A stretch of DNA of 64,000 nucleotides from Aplysia californica (Eukaryota). A program made the translations under genes and the position numbers. The stretch's first letter is position 1, and every line of letters starts with the position of its first letter. Below are positions 12,294 through 25,500 of the stretch, piece by piece. The DNA lies in assembly GCF_000002075.1 (NCBI RefSeq), contig NW_004797434.1, forward strand, positions 11,295 through 75,294. The letters are read 5' to 3'. The notes below the pieces were generated by a model. The model worked only from the letters and a program-made list of their open reading frames with translations, was not told the origin of the DNA and made no database searches.

Positions 12294-12761
12294 ACCTAAA
12301 TCCTTAACAGGACAAGAGTTAATACACAGCAAGATGAAGAGGCAGCGATTCCCAAGTTGTTGGAGCTTGCACAGCAGCACAGACCAGACAGGACGAGACA
12401 AAGTACAATTCTCCCGCAAAGAGAAAGGGAATGACACAACATGACGGGTTCTAGGCCGGTGGACAAGTGGAAAGACGTTATTAACCTTCACAGAATGGCG
12501 TCAACACCTGAGCCAATCAGCGACACAAATGTGACAAATTAATCAAACAACTCCTTTTCCCTGCATTCTATTAACACTCAAAAGAGTTTCAAGGGGAGCG
12601 GAATCATACCGTTCTTATTTACACCCTGTACTTTCACCCTTTCCCCCAAGTTTTTTTTTTGTTAATGAAGAGAAAGTTTTTACAAACCATAAATGTGTTC
12701 CTACACATTTTAATATTTACATTTAAAATGTACATTTTTACAAGTACAACAACTCATAAGA

Positions 12762-13549
12762 TTAGAACTTATTTCTACTGTCAATGTACCGTGAAGAAGA
12801 AGAAGATGATGATGATGATGCTGCCTTGCTGCTCTTGTTTTTCCCACTTGAGCTGTGATGCGGGTGATAATGTCTGTGCGATGATGATGATGACGACGAA
12901 GATGATGATGAGGACGACAAAGATGATAATGACACGGTTGAAATTCGATGGGGCGGTGGTCTCGGGGGTAGAGGTGGCGGCGGCGGAGGATGGTCGCTGG
13001 GTACAACGTTTCCACTCACAGCTGGCCCCTGGGTGGGTGTCCTGTGATTGTAGTCATACTGTTTGGTCACTGAAGCAGCACTACCGTGAGCCCCAGAGGA
13101 CGAGGGAGTGTGAGAGGATGGCCCCGCCGTGCCACCAGAACTCGGCCACATGTGGAACTGGGATGGGTGTGGCAGGCCAGTGGGGTGATGTGGAGGAGGA
13201 GGAGGAGGGTTCAACAGGGAGGATGATGGCGAGGAGGATGATGATGATGACGAAGACGATGATGACGACGACAAGGACGATGAAGAAGGGTGTTGTTGCG
13301 AGGCCTGTGGGGGAGGAGGGTGCATGTACGCCGGCGGCTGACTGTTCATACGTGGAGAATGTGGCATGCCTGGAGCGGAACTGGGAAACACCATGCTTCC
13401 TGCACTGCCCGGTCTGTCGTGCCCAACAGGTCCCGAGGCTCTTACGGGAGGGGGAACCGAGAGTGAAGTCGACGAAATACAAGACTGTTGCTGGTGGAAG
13501 CTGAAGTTCACTCCTGTACTGCCATTGATTAACGGCTGAACCGAAGAGC
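12762..13549 (-). CDS. KMT2E: KMT2E last coding exon (Pro/Ser/His-rich)
   Basis: aacag|GC TCT TCG; SSVQPLING...RYIDSRNKF*. Confidence 0.87.
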
Positions 13550-16500
13550 CTGTTAGATAGAACAATGAATAAATGAATAAATAAAAGAGTGAATGCAGAA
13601 TGAATGAATGAACGAATGAAATTTTATCGATCTCTGACAAGAAAGTTTACATCCACTGCTTTTGCGCAAAACTCCGCCATATGCCATTTTGAAAAGTGAA
13701 TTACACTGAACAGTTTATGTGGTCATATTCATGGGTAGATTACAAGTTCATCAGTGTATGTTCACTCTGTCTTTCTTTCCCTCAATGAGAATCTCATGCT
13801 GACAGGACAACATGCACAGAAAAATACAAAGCTCGAAATAACTCTAGTGTACCCCTTTTGTTTTCAGCCTCCTCCCCCCCCCTCCCAAATTTGCCTTCTT
13901 CAATCCCCACACTAAATGCAGTTCCCCCCAGTAGCCATCTATTAGAACAAGGTCACTATTAAACATTCATGGGTTACTACTCTTAGCTTGCTTTGCAGGG
14001 CACAAGTCCAGATTTTCTTAAGAAAAATTTAAAAAAAGGACAGAGGACCTTTTCGTCACAACCAGGAGCTGCTAAAACCAGATGTACAGTGTTCACAATT
14101 CTATAAAAAGCAAGTTGAGAGCAAGCTCTTTACCCCCCCCCCCCATAGTTTCATTTGTTATGCTCTGTTAAGCCCCCCCCCCCCCCAGTAACAGAGCAAA
14201 CATCGTCTTCCATACTGAAAAACAAAACACAAGGGAAACTCAAGCACAACAAGTTTTGAAATCATCAAATAAAAATACATGGCAGCTGCATTTTTTTCTT
14301 TTTAACAAGAAAATTCTCAGAGAGAGAGAGAGAGAGAGAGAAAAAAAAGGGGAATGTCCACTGCTACTAAGATCTGAGCCATCATCAGGCACTCACCGCT
14401 GTAAGCCCCTGACCCAGCTCTCATGTGGCTGGAAGGTGTGACAAAACTGTGCGCGGCAGACGTCTGTGGGTACGGAGAGCTAGCGCTGAGTGGGGGTGGT
14501 GGCGGAGCACTGTCTTCTGCACCACCATTTGAAGAAGCAACTTCTGACTCATCTGATCGAACTGAAAAACACAAGGTAAAAGCAAGGTGTAAAAAAAAAA
14601 AAAAAAAAAAAAAGCAGAAACACCCACAAGGAGAATTTTCAAAACCTCGTTTACCAAGATCTAGAATGAGAAAGAGAAGCAGCACTTCATAATCAATAAT
14701 TCACCTTGCCATATCAGTATCATCAGCTTCCTAAACCATCATGGTAAACTATTATAATCAATTGTTGGTATACACACTGTACTGTGTACATTAACCGTCT
14801 CCTCTCTGTATCTGAAGGTTCTGCACCTGTAAATTCAACAAACAGTAGACCACAAAGAAAACTGCACAAAACACCAAAAAGTGGGTACTACCCTTTCCCA
14901 CTACTTTTATTTACAAAATTCACACTGTATTAATGAACCGAACCGTAAGCATTTGTGAATTCTTTTAGTTTAGTTTAAGTACAAGTTTAACGGTGCTCAC
15001 AACTGCATAAGGTCATATGAGCGCCAAGGGGTGGATGTCAGCAGAAAAGTCCTTACAGGGAATCAGACTTACTCTGCTCACCTCTCTAGCTTCAACAGCG
15101 CAAAGTCTGCTTCGACTATCAAGGCACCCTCGAAATAGTGGGTCACAAAAGTGTGACAAACATACACAAGAAGTAGAGGAAAAACGACAATAGTAAGGAT
15201 TAGGAAAGAAAAAGCTGGAGTTCCCTGTTGTAGATCAGGCACAGTTATGAGCGTGACATTGATGAATCAGTCCATTTACAATTCTACTGTGCAAGAACGA
15301 GAAATGTCCCCCCTTTGGGAATGGCCTAAAGACTCTTCAGTCAGTGGCACCACACCGCCCCGGGGGGCATTTGTGAATTCTAATGTTAATACATTTATAG
15401 TGTGTGTGCATATATCAAAGAACCACAAACTGAGCTCATGAGATGGCAACAGTACATCACACAAACATAAATACAGGATTTTCACAGAAACATCATAGAA
15501 AGGGTCTGCCCAGCTTCACAGGAAAGCTATCCTCATGACTTTTCTCAAGAATTTATGAATGGCATGGATTTAACAGATGACTAGTACTTACTTGGTCATT
15601 TATAAAAGATAAGAACAATAAAAGACACAGACACAGAACAGTAAATATATATATAACACAAATACATAGCTAGACAAAAACTGCAACCGCCCTTTTTAGC
15701 ATGAACATTGATTGGAAGAAATAACGGACCCCCCTATAAGAGCTAAAATACACTGCAAGAACCTGCAATGACCAGGTAAAATCCATCTACACAGAAAACA
15801 CAGACCTTCTTTAGTCAATTCTTGAGACAAATTTGTTCAATGAATGTAGGAAAACTTACAGAAACAGAACATAACATACTTTTTCTTACCAAAGAGCCAC
15901 AACAATAATGAAAAATAAATCATCTGAGAAGATCTACAGCAAGACATCATAGCAACAAGGTCAGACAAGATTATTGTAATCTAGGCATCCATTCTAGGGG
16001 CCTTGTGAGCCCTAAAGTGCTGTTGACATATACAGCAAACACAACTTTAGGTGCAAAACAAACAAAAGATATTTATAAATTTCACAGGCACAGCAAGAAA
16101 TTTGCCCAATTTCTTTACAGAAGCAAAGAAAACTCTTAGAAAAAAAGACTTCATCTCTTATTTCTTCCCCCTTGATTCTCCTATTCAAACAAAAATGAAT
16201 TTCTGTGCTCATTCTGTCCTCACTAAACATAAACAGAAGGAGACTCTGGAGTTTTCATCAATTCTCCATCATTAAGTAAATGTGTTGGGGATCATATTAC
16301 AATTTAATCCAAGTTTCATCGTTTCAGACAAAATAGGCTTTTCTTCAGTCAATATTCTTTTAATTTGTATTTTTCGCAAATAGCTGCCATTATAGACCAT
16401 ATCAGCGACAATTATAATTATCTATAATACGGCTGAACTGACAAAACAACTTAGACCGGCTAAAAATAATTCGTGCTAAGCACAACGAGGCACCAAAAAT

Positions 16501-19500
16501 ATACTGACTGCTATAGAAGTAACAATAACAACAGAACATATCAACCTACCTTACAATAAACAAGAGAGCTAAGAAAGACTATAACTTGAAAAAATTGAGA
16601 ATTTTGCAAGACGCACTACACTGTTCACCATCAGATTTCACAACGTACAACACACAATTTCAAATATATCAGCAGAGCAGAAGAAGGTCCCTGCCATTCC
16701 ACCTTCAGCATAATGGCAAAAACTTGCAAGATATATAGTTTTAGTTTTAGTAGATGTTTTACGGCGCTCGCAACTGCATAAGGTCATATGAGCGCCAAAA
16801 GATTAGAGGTGTTACAAGAGAGTAACAAACATATAAAAGAAGAAGGGGAGATAAGGATGATAAATGTTTGATAGGAAAGAAGAAGCAAACCACACCAGAG
16901 CACCCGCCAACCACCCACTGCAAGATATATGTCTCTATGAAAAGTTTGATAGATTCTACTTGTAAGGAAGTGAACAATCAGCTATATAACACCAAAAAAC
17001 AGTGCGTTTTACAGACTGCAACATTTGGGCAACAGAACGCCTACTATTTAGAACATACATACTGATGATACTGACCATTTCAAAGAATAATACAGACAAA
17101 ATATCAAAAAATATTTATGCAGAGGACATTTCGTAAGAAAAATGAACCCTCAACAGCTTCACAAGGGACAAACAAAAAGTGGTGATACAAACAGCATTAC
17201 ACAGACCAAAGTAAAACATAACATAAAAGAAAGAAAATTATTTTTTAAAATATCCACAATAAATACAAACATTTCAAAGCAAAAAATATATATAAAGTGG
17301 AAGAAGGAGTCAACTAAATAAGAAAGCAAAGCAAGCACAGAATGAAAAGAGCAAAAGGGTGTGGGCGGGGAGACAGGCAACACAGTCCACATCAATATGA
17401 AGAAGACCAGCATGCAGCAGACGCGGACAACTGAGGTTTGTCCCGTCTGCCTGCACTCACCGTCGGTGACATTGCGTCGGGTGGTCTGGTGGTGGTGTGG
17501 GTGAGCCTGAGAGGCACCAAGAGGGTGGAGTGGAGGAGGATGAGGAGGAGGGGGTGGGGGAGGAGGGGGCGGAGGCGTTCCGGGCTCCCGGTGCTTCTTG
17601 GTATCTAGAGAGTAAGGTACAGGCAAGGTCAATCCCAACGTGTAGCCTCATCACATTCATTCAGACTAGGGAGCTGAGAAGCACCATTTTCGATACATGA
17701 CTTACAAGAAACTTGCTAGCTCTTGTTGTATGAGAGTTACTGTGGGTTTGCAAATTATAATTATAACAATAATTGTATTTCACTCTTTAGTGTCTGATGA
17801 TAACAAACGCATCTGCAGAGGAGAATAGCTCTTCTGCAAATTTAGAAGAAATGAGGATTAAGATGATTTGTGGATTCTGCTATAGCCAGTGAGACCAATT
17901 CTAGAACAGAATAGTTTTGAAATAGTTTGAGCATTTTAAAGCTTCATTTCCACTGTAAGACAATTGTAAAACTCAGCTCTTTGATGCTAATCCCTGTTTT
18001 CATTCTTGTGTACTCCATGATGCTGCAATTATTTGTCATTCTGTCTATTTCAATACTCCTGCCATCTTCATACAGGCAGACTGGCAAGAGCATAAGCACT
18101 TACTTACATCTTTAATTGTAAAACAAGACACTTGACCTATGCTTTAAAAAGAAGACTGCCAAACGCTTTGTGAGTGTATATATCTATCAACTACCAACCC
18201 ATGTGGACGAGACAGTTTTGTACCATTTTGTGTTATAAGCGAGAGACTTCAAGGGAAGAATGTCAATTGTTCTTTGGTTCAGAAATGTACAAAGCGCATG
18301 AGACAATTGTAAAGCTGCATTTTCATGCTGGCACCTGATGTGAGAAGACAAAATCGTTGCTGCAGGAATAGAACAGTGCATTTTCCCTCCAAAAGCACTG
18401 GATAAAAACCTATGGCAAAAGGCAAGAGTAGGGCAACCGCACCACTGGAAGCAAAGCAAATTACTAACTAGGTCGCTCTTGGCTTAATGTAGTGAGGACT
18501 CTAAGTCAGTCATATGTTTATACAACACCTGCATTTTTCTGTATTTTTCCATGTACACTGCACCAAAATATAAGGAAGGTTCACAAATGCCCTGGAAGCA
18601 GAGAAAAGTTAGCCTGGATTTAGTATGCTTGTAAGTACTGCTCAACATAACCGCCAAGCTGGAAAATGTATACGATGAGCTGAAGATATTAGAGTAAACT
18701 AAAAAAATCCAAGTGGTCTGATAAAATAGAACTAAGCACTAGCTATGTACATAAAATTTCATGACAAAAACTTACCACTTTTCTGTTTACCAGAGTCCTC
18801 CTCGACATCTTCCACACCAAACTCCAATCTCAGCCTTTCTGTCAGGCTTAATTGTTTCTCGGGTTTACTGCTCTTCGCCTTTCTTTTCTCGTCTGTAACA
18901 AAATATAGATGATGACAACTCAAAAATGTCATAGGGGACAGTATAAGTCTAATTCAGATGTCATGAGACCTATAAAACAGAAAATACCTCTCTCGTCACA
19001 ATGAAAATATAAACTGAACTTATAAAATGTCAGTACCGACACCCTACAAATAAAAATAGTGCTTTTACTACATTAAACTCAGGCGCAATAACGACTGGAA
19101 GCTTCATTCCCAGCATTTAACACTTTGCAGTGACATCTCGCCGATGGTTACCATCCAGTTTCTTTGGATTTTCCAAAAAAACACCTGTGCCTTTTATGGC
19201 AAGGGTTTTTAATTATATGGGCCTTGTGATGGCAAAGTGTTAAAGAGTGTTTCTGACAACCCAACAAGTTGAAAAGTGAGAACAATGTGAATATGACACA
19301 AAAACAAAACAGCCTAAAAAAAATAAAATGCAACAGACAGCAAAACAACATGGTGATGTAATGATTTACAAAGAAGAGGAAAGTCTATATTAAATTTAGG
19401 AAGCATTAAATGTAATGACAAGTTGTATACCTTTCCTAGGATCAGAAGACTTAAACAAGGGAAGCGTTGCCAGCGTAGGCATCCGATGCTTCCGCGGATT

Positions 19501-22500
19501 CAATGGTGCTGATGATCTTGAAGGTGAGTGTGAGGACGATGAAGGTGAAGTGCTTGAACGGCTGGCTGAAAAACTGTTCTGATGCAGAACGGTGGATGAG
19601 GACAATAATGATGAAGATAATGCAGAGGAAGAAGATGATGAGGAACCAGAGCTCGGAGATGTCTTTGTCTCCGTAGCTGACGCCGGTTTGTCTTTCAAAC
19701 GCTTCCAGTACTCAAACAAGCTGACCTGAAATTGCACATTTAAAAAACAGGACCTCAAGATCAAGATAAATTGGGACATGTCAAGGGGGTTTACATGGAG
19801 AAAAGGCTGAACGCCCATCTGGCAGAGAAGAGGACAGTAAAAAAAAGACATTAGAAACTAGATGCCACACGGGCGAGAAAGAAAATGATTTTCATTCCTT
19901 TGACAAAAGTACAGTCAAATCTGCTCTACCAACCAGCCTACTGAAGACAAATAAGTGGTACAAATGAACAACTACCTCAGCCCTGTGTTTTCTTCTATTT
20001 TACAATGACACTGTCCAAAATGAGCTCTTGTCTCCTCAACAATTGGAAGTTGTCTTGCACATCAGTAAAGGGCTTCAAGAAGCTTAAATCATCATTGGCT
20101 TTCTCACCCCGGATCAGGATAAGGCCCACAAACAAACACTTTCCACTTTTCCCAACCCTAGGCTAGCCCCACTTAATTACTTAATATCATTTCATGTCTT
20201 CCAAAGTTTCTGTACATCAATTTCTTTGACTCTTTTCCTGGTTCCACTTGGTCTTCCCCTTGACCTTTTACCCTTGAGACTAAAAGAAGAACTCAAATGA
20301 CCGCTTATTGTTGGCAAATCAGAAACAAACATCTCAGTGATATTTAAGAAGTTGGACCTACAAGCAGTGCCCTCCTACCACCTGTACAACACTCAGGAAC
20401 TAGACAAACAGAATTAGTAAACTAAACAAGAAGCCTAAAGCACCTAGAGAGGAAACAACAAGCAGAGGAAGACATGAGACGATAACGCTTATAAAGAGGA
20501 GCAGTTGGAAGAAGGGACTACTGAAAAAATCCTGAATTTTCACAGAAATTAACTTTCAATGACTTACCAATCAAATACAGACTGTAACATTAGCTGATTA
20601 CTCTCCTAGCCTGAACTGTAACGCACATGTAATTTACACTGTAACTCATTTACAGAGAGAGAAAAATCTAGACCACATTGTTCTAAAAAGATAAAAATAG
20701 CTTACCGATTTACCCATTTCTCAACTTTCTCAATGCTATCTTTTATGTTCCCACTTCTTGAATAACCTTACAGTGTTGAAATGGGCTTTAAAGCTATTCA
20801 ATTTTTTTCACATTTTTTCTTTGCTTTCTGTCTGTTGTTTCAGTCCATCCATCTAGCTTTTCCCTGCAAGAAATGACTGATATTGTCTTGATATAATGCT
20901 GCTCTACATTTAAACTTAATGCTATCTTTTAAGCAGAATTTGTGTTGTGTAAACATATGTAGGGGGGCTCTCGTGGCCTAGAGGTTAAGGTGTTGGCCTC
21001 TCATTCAAAGGTCCCGGGTTCGAATCCGGGTAGCGACCGGAAAATTTTCTGCTCTAAAATTGTCTCCTTTCACTTCCTTTCCTGCTCTCTAGCAATGTTC
21101 TGTCGTCTGCTTTCAATTCCACTTTCTGCCCCAACCCCCGCACCTCCTTTGCCCCCTCCTCTGGGCTCCTGACTCTTTCTGCAGCCTTTCTACTGCTACT
21201 CCTTGGCTCCTCCTTACTGCTGTCTTTCTGCCACACCCCTGATCTTCTGGTAGGAAAGATCTACACCTAGCCTTCTCGGACAAGGGCGAAAAATCTCGGA
21301 GGGCCCGTGTGCAAGTTGCGCACGTTAAAGATCCCTTGGTGGTCTAAAATCGATAAGAGAAGGCTTCGGCCGCCACCCGGGCAAAATTCAAAATTTCCTA
21401 CCAACTGAAAATATTAGGTGTGTCCCGCGCGCTCATATGACCTATGCAGTTGAGAGCGCCGTAAAACACTTTACAAAAACAAAACAAAAAAAACAAACAT
21501 ATGTAGTAATAACATGACCACTATGTAGAACTTGACTTAAAAGCAAGGAAAACAAAGAAACAGTCTAAAAGCTGACACTCCTGTCACACAGATGCATATT
21601 TCCAACTCAACATTTTACTGGCCACAATGAATAAAATTTACAGAGAAATATTATTTGAGATCTCAGGTAGAACTGCATGCACCTCCCAACGGCATCTCAC
21701 AATACAACAGGAAGGGAAAAAGTATGTACGAAAGCAAGTTCTCAGGTAGAGACATAGAAAATGTAGAGGTGTTTTTATGTTGACTGATATACTCAAATTA
21801 AAAATTCTCCCCACTCCGAAATCAAATTTGAGTCTTCTGTGTGCGATGACAAAGCATCGTAACAACTACACCACAGAGGCCAGTAATGACATAGGACACA
21901 AGACAGCCTTCAGCACTGCGAGACAAACAGGGCCCTGAGACAAGAAATGTGGCCAACCACATTGACACAACAAGAGAAGCTATATGGGCCGACAGATGAA
22001 CCGAGCTGGATGGCCCAATATACGGCAGATACTGGACTTTTAGAGTGATGCGATCGAGAAGAAGAAGAAGAAGAAGACACAGGACACCAGCATAAATATT
22101 CCTAAAAGTCTGTGAAAACATACCTTCTTTTTCGCTGCTGGGGCTGCTTCTGCCGAGGAAGAGATGGAGGAGGAAGAACCTGGGGCAGCCAACCCACAGC
22201 CACTGTGAGGAGAAACCGACGCACTCGAACCTGGTGTGGTGGAGCTCAAGTCATCTTCAACTCGGCCAGCACTGGGGGACAACAACGACGTGGAAAGGGC
22301 TGACGGGCAAGACGACAAGGAGAGCGCAGACAGTGACGAGGATGGAGGCTGACATTCAGAGCCGCTTGGCAAGTCATTGCTGCTGACACACACAGTGCCA
22401 GCTTGTGACAAAAAGATAGAGCCACTGACAGACGGCGACGAAGATCCTTCGTCCTTGGAGCTGGGAGATGATGCAGACACCCTGGACTGCACAGCAGAAG

Positions 22501-25500
22501 AACCTTGAGCAGATGCTGACGACGTAATAGGCGACATTTGAGAGCTGTACTCCTGGGCAACAGATGACATTGCATTGTCTGACATTGCCTCTCCCGGCCC
22601 AAGGACGTCGTTGTCCCACACTGTGTGGCAACTCCGCACCTCCAAGAGATTTGACGATGACACACCTTGACCTTCCACAGAAGAATCGTCATTGCCTACA
22701 GAGTTTTCTTGCAACACACGACCCGATCGTTCAAAGTTACTGTCACAGAAACTGTCGACAGCTCCTGTAGAACTGTTGGAAGTTGTCTCTGCCGGAGCAG
22801 GCGCAAAGCTGCAGAGTTCTTTGGCCGACTCCCCACAAGTCGAGTCCACATTCCCATCTGCAGAGTTCAAGTCACTCACCACATCCTCTACATTGTGAGA
22901 CTCGGACACAATACCTTCCCCTGAAACATCCGCTTCGCTGTTACTCGCAACCTCGGGACAAGCCAGTGGGTTTCCCCTAGCCTCTACATCGTGCGCTACA
23001 CTGGCTGAATCACACATTTCCCCCCGTTCCTCCTCCTCTCTCGCAGTATGCACGTCGCTGTCCATCTCCTCTTCCTCCTCTTGCCGTGCCTGACTCTCCT
23101 CCACCTCCATGCTATGCGAGTCACAGTTCGTCCCCGACACCCCACCATCCCCTGCACTAACCCCACCCTGCTCCTCTTCTATGGAATCACACACAGACAC
23201 AGCATTGTCCTCCGCCGACTGTGAACACTGACCACTTGAACTGATGCCCTCGTTGGACACCTCTGGCCCCGCATTACTAACCGAGACGGTGGTCACCGCA
23301 TCTCTCGCACTCGATATGCTAACGCTGACCTCATCCTGGTCAGGGAATACTGATGACGTCGAGCCACCTGCGCGGCTGACCCTATTTACATGCTGGGAAC
23401 TGTCCACAACCTCCTCGTCCCGACTGAGGCCAGCCACCGCTCTCTCCTCCCCCCCTCCTGGCTCACTAATACGAACCTGCACGACAGAAGAGTCCGTGCA
23501 CCCATTATCACAGATGTCAATGTTATTATGGCCTGAAACAGGCAAAGGCAGAGAGTTCACAATGTCTTCCGAGCTGTTCACTTGGCAGTCGCCCACTGTG
23601 TCACGAGTCCTCCTCTCCTGAACCGCGTCCAGCTGAAACAACCTCTCGTTCAAGTTCACCACAGCCGAGCTGTCGCTGAGGGAGGATGGCTCCATCTCGT
23701 GGGCATTGAGGTCCACCCGCACGGTGGCCGGGCTGTCAATGTCCATGATGGATTTGGTGGTCACACACCCTGCCTCACTGCCCTCCTCCATGAGGTTGTT
23801 CACCCCGTTATATACACTACTGCTATTTACAACCACCACAGTGGAGGTGGAAGCCGAGCTGCCAATTCCGCTGTCTTCCTCCAGTTTAGCAGAAATGACT
23901 TCTCGGAAAGGAGCCCCTATGTGACCAAGGCCATTCTCACGAAACAACAGAGATGAGCTCGCCTGGGGAGCCTTCTCCTTCCCTCCCTCAGCACTACTGT
24001 CAACTTCCATCTTCTCAAAAATGTTCCTTAATTTGAGAGGAAAATGAGAGCTGGATGGTGGAGGCACGTTGACCGAGCTCACGCTAGGCCTCACCCCAGA
24101 CAGTCCATTCATCCTGGCCACTGAGGAAGCAGTCACTGAAATAGGATCAACTTTCACGGGTGGGAATACACCAGAAGACGGCGAAGCTTCTGAACCAGAA
24201 TCGTCTCTGTGATTCAGGTGGCTTGGTGTGCTGTTGAGTGATACGTGCGTGGAGCTAGCAGATGCACTTGCTCTTCTTTCCTCTGGTATGGTGCCCGAGA
24301 AACCATTCTGAATGGGGTAGTTCTTGTGCAACAACAGTCGCTATGGGCCACAAAGGAACAAAAGAACAAAAAAGTAAGAATTAAAAGAAAACTAACATAA
24401 AGTAACACACAACATGAAACCAATGGGTTAATATCAAGAACAATTTCAACATAGGCTACACAAATTGTGCAATTTCCAACTTTTGAATTATAAAAGGCAA
24501 ATCCTCATTAGATAGAAATGAAAAGATTTATTTCATTTATCACACGCATGCATTGCCGCAGCAGAAAGATCAAAAACAATTTCAGTCTCTTTCACTCATA
24601 CTCTTTCTCTCATACACCAACATAGAAATTGGAGGAAAAGACCAAACTTTACAAAAGGTATTTTGTCACAAAACAACATTTGTAACACACAATGCCAAAG
24701 CCCCTTGCTATGGTCGCTTTAGTCAATTCATACAAAAGTATTACTCTTTCCTCAGTTTTAAATTTTAGGCTTGGAAAAATATTTCAATGGAAAATGTAGC
24801 ACAAATGATACACACAACATTTCTCAAGTATTAACACTAAGCCTATCCCTTTCACTCACTTCATCTTTACACAACATGTTATTTCTATTCTGCTTGGGAG
24901 CGCACAAACGTTGACAGTAATATAAAAATTCTTAACACAAGAACACTAACAATGTAGCAGTTCTTATGTTATGCGGATGTCAATAGCCTCAGTCTGAAAA
25001 AGAGGACATCAAATTTCTGGTACGGGGGGGGGAGACACCATGAGACACTTCAGCCAACTGACCCAACATAAAAGTGACTTTGAATCGACTCCTGCCCACA
25101 CAAGCCTCCCTAAGGAAGGTAGCACAAGGTACCATGCACACAGTTACAAAAACCTTGGTTTAACTGAAAGTCTTACATCATCTGTGCTGTGTCTGTGCGG
25201 AGGGAAGAACTGCTTCACTCCGTTGGTTCTCGGCGCCACACCGATGCTGTTGGAGGCAAAGCTTTCTGCCAGGACACCAGCACTGGGGGAGATGACGGAC
25301 CCACTGCTCTCGCCAGACAAAGACTCTCGCATTAACCGGCGCTTCTTCAGGGGTGTCACAAAATCTGAGAGAAAGATAAGCATTCAAGATGTTCAAATAA
25401 CAGTACCCTCCGAACACTGTAAATGGCAAAAAAAAAATAGTGATAACCATAAAAATCCCCCCCCTCCTCCCCATTAAAAAAAAACCCCAGGCAATATAAC

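Noticed and set aside
12659-13504. 281-aa Met-rich ORF on + and His-rich alternative frames
   Set aside because: Shadows of the (TCA/TCG/TCC)n Ser codons and Pro runs in the KMT2E last exon; no independent gene signals.
8667-14190. Long poly-C/poly-G runs as G-quadruplex elements
   Set aside because: Similar homopolymers occur throughout the window; no specific arrangement.
20706-20863. Another possible poison cassette (ttgcag| ... |gtaagc)
   Set aside because: Only splice-like ends with several competing donors; indistinguishable from a pseudo-exon without RNA data.
20963-21035. Functional tRNA gene
   Set aside because: No acceptor-stem pairing; it continues into a repeated SINE body with a TSD.
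22040-22123. Hydrophobic, transmembrane-like tail of the 764-aa ORF
   Set aside because: It is read-through past the AAG|gtatgt donor into a (ttc)n intron tract; the conserved KKK|VSL motif shows the splice is real, and I saw no nearby minus-strand AATAAA.
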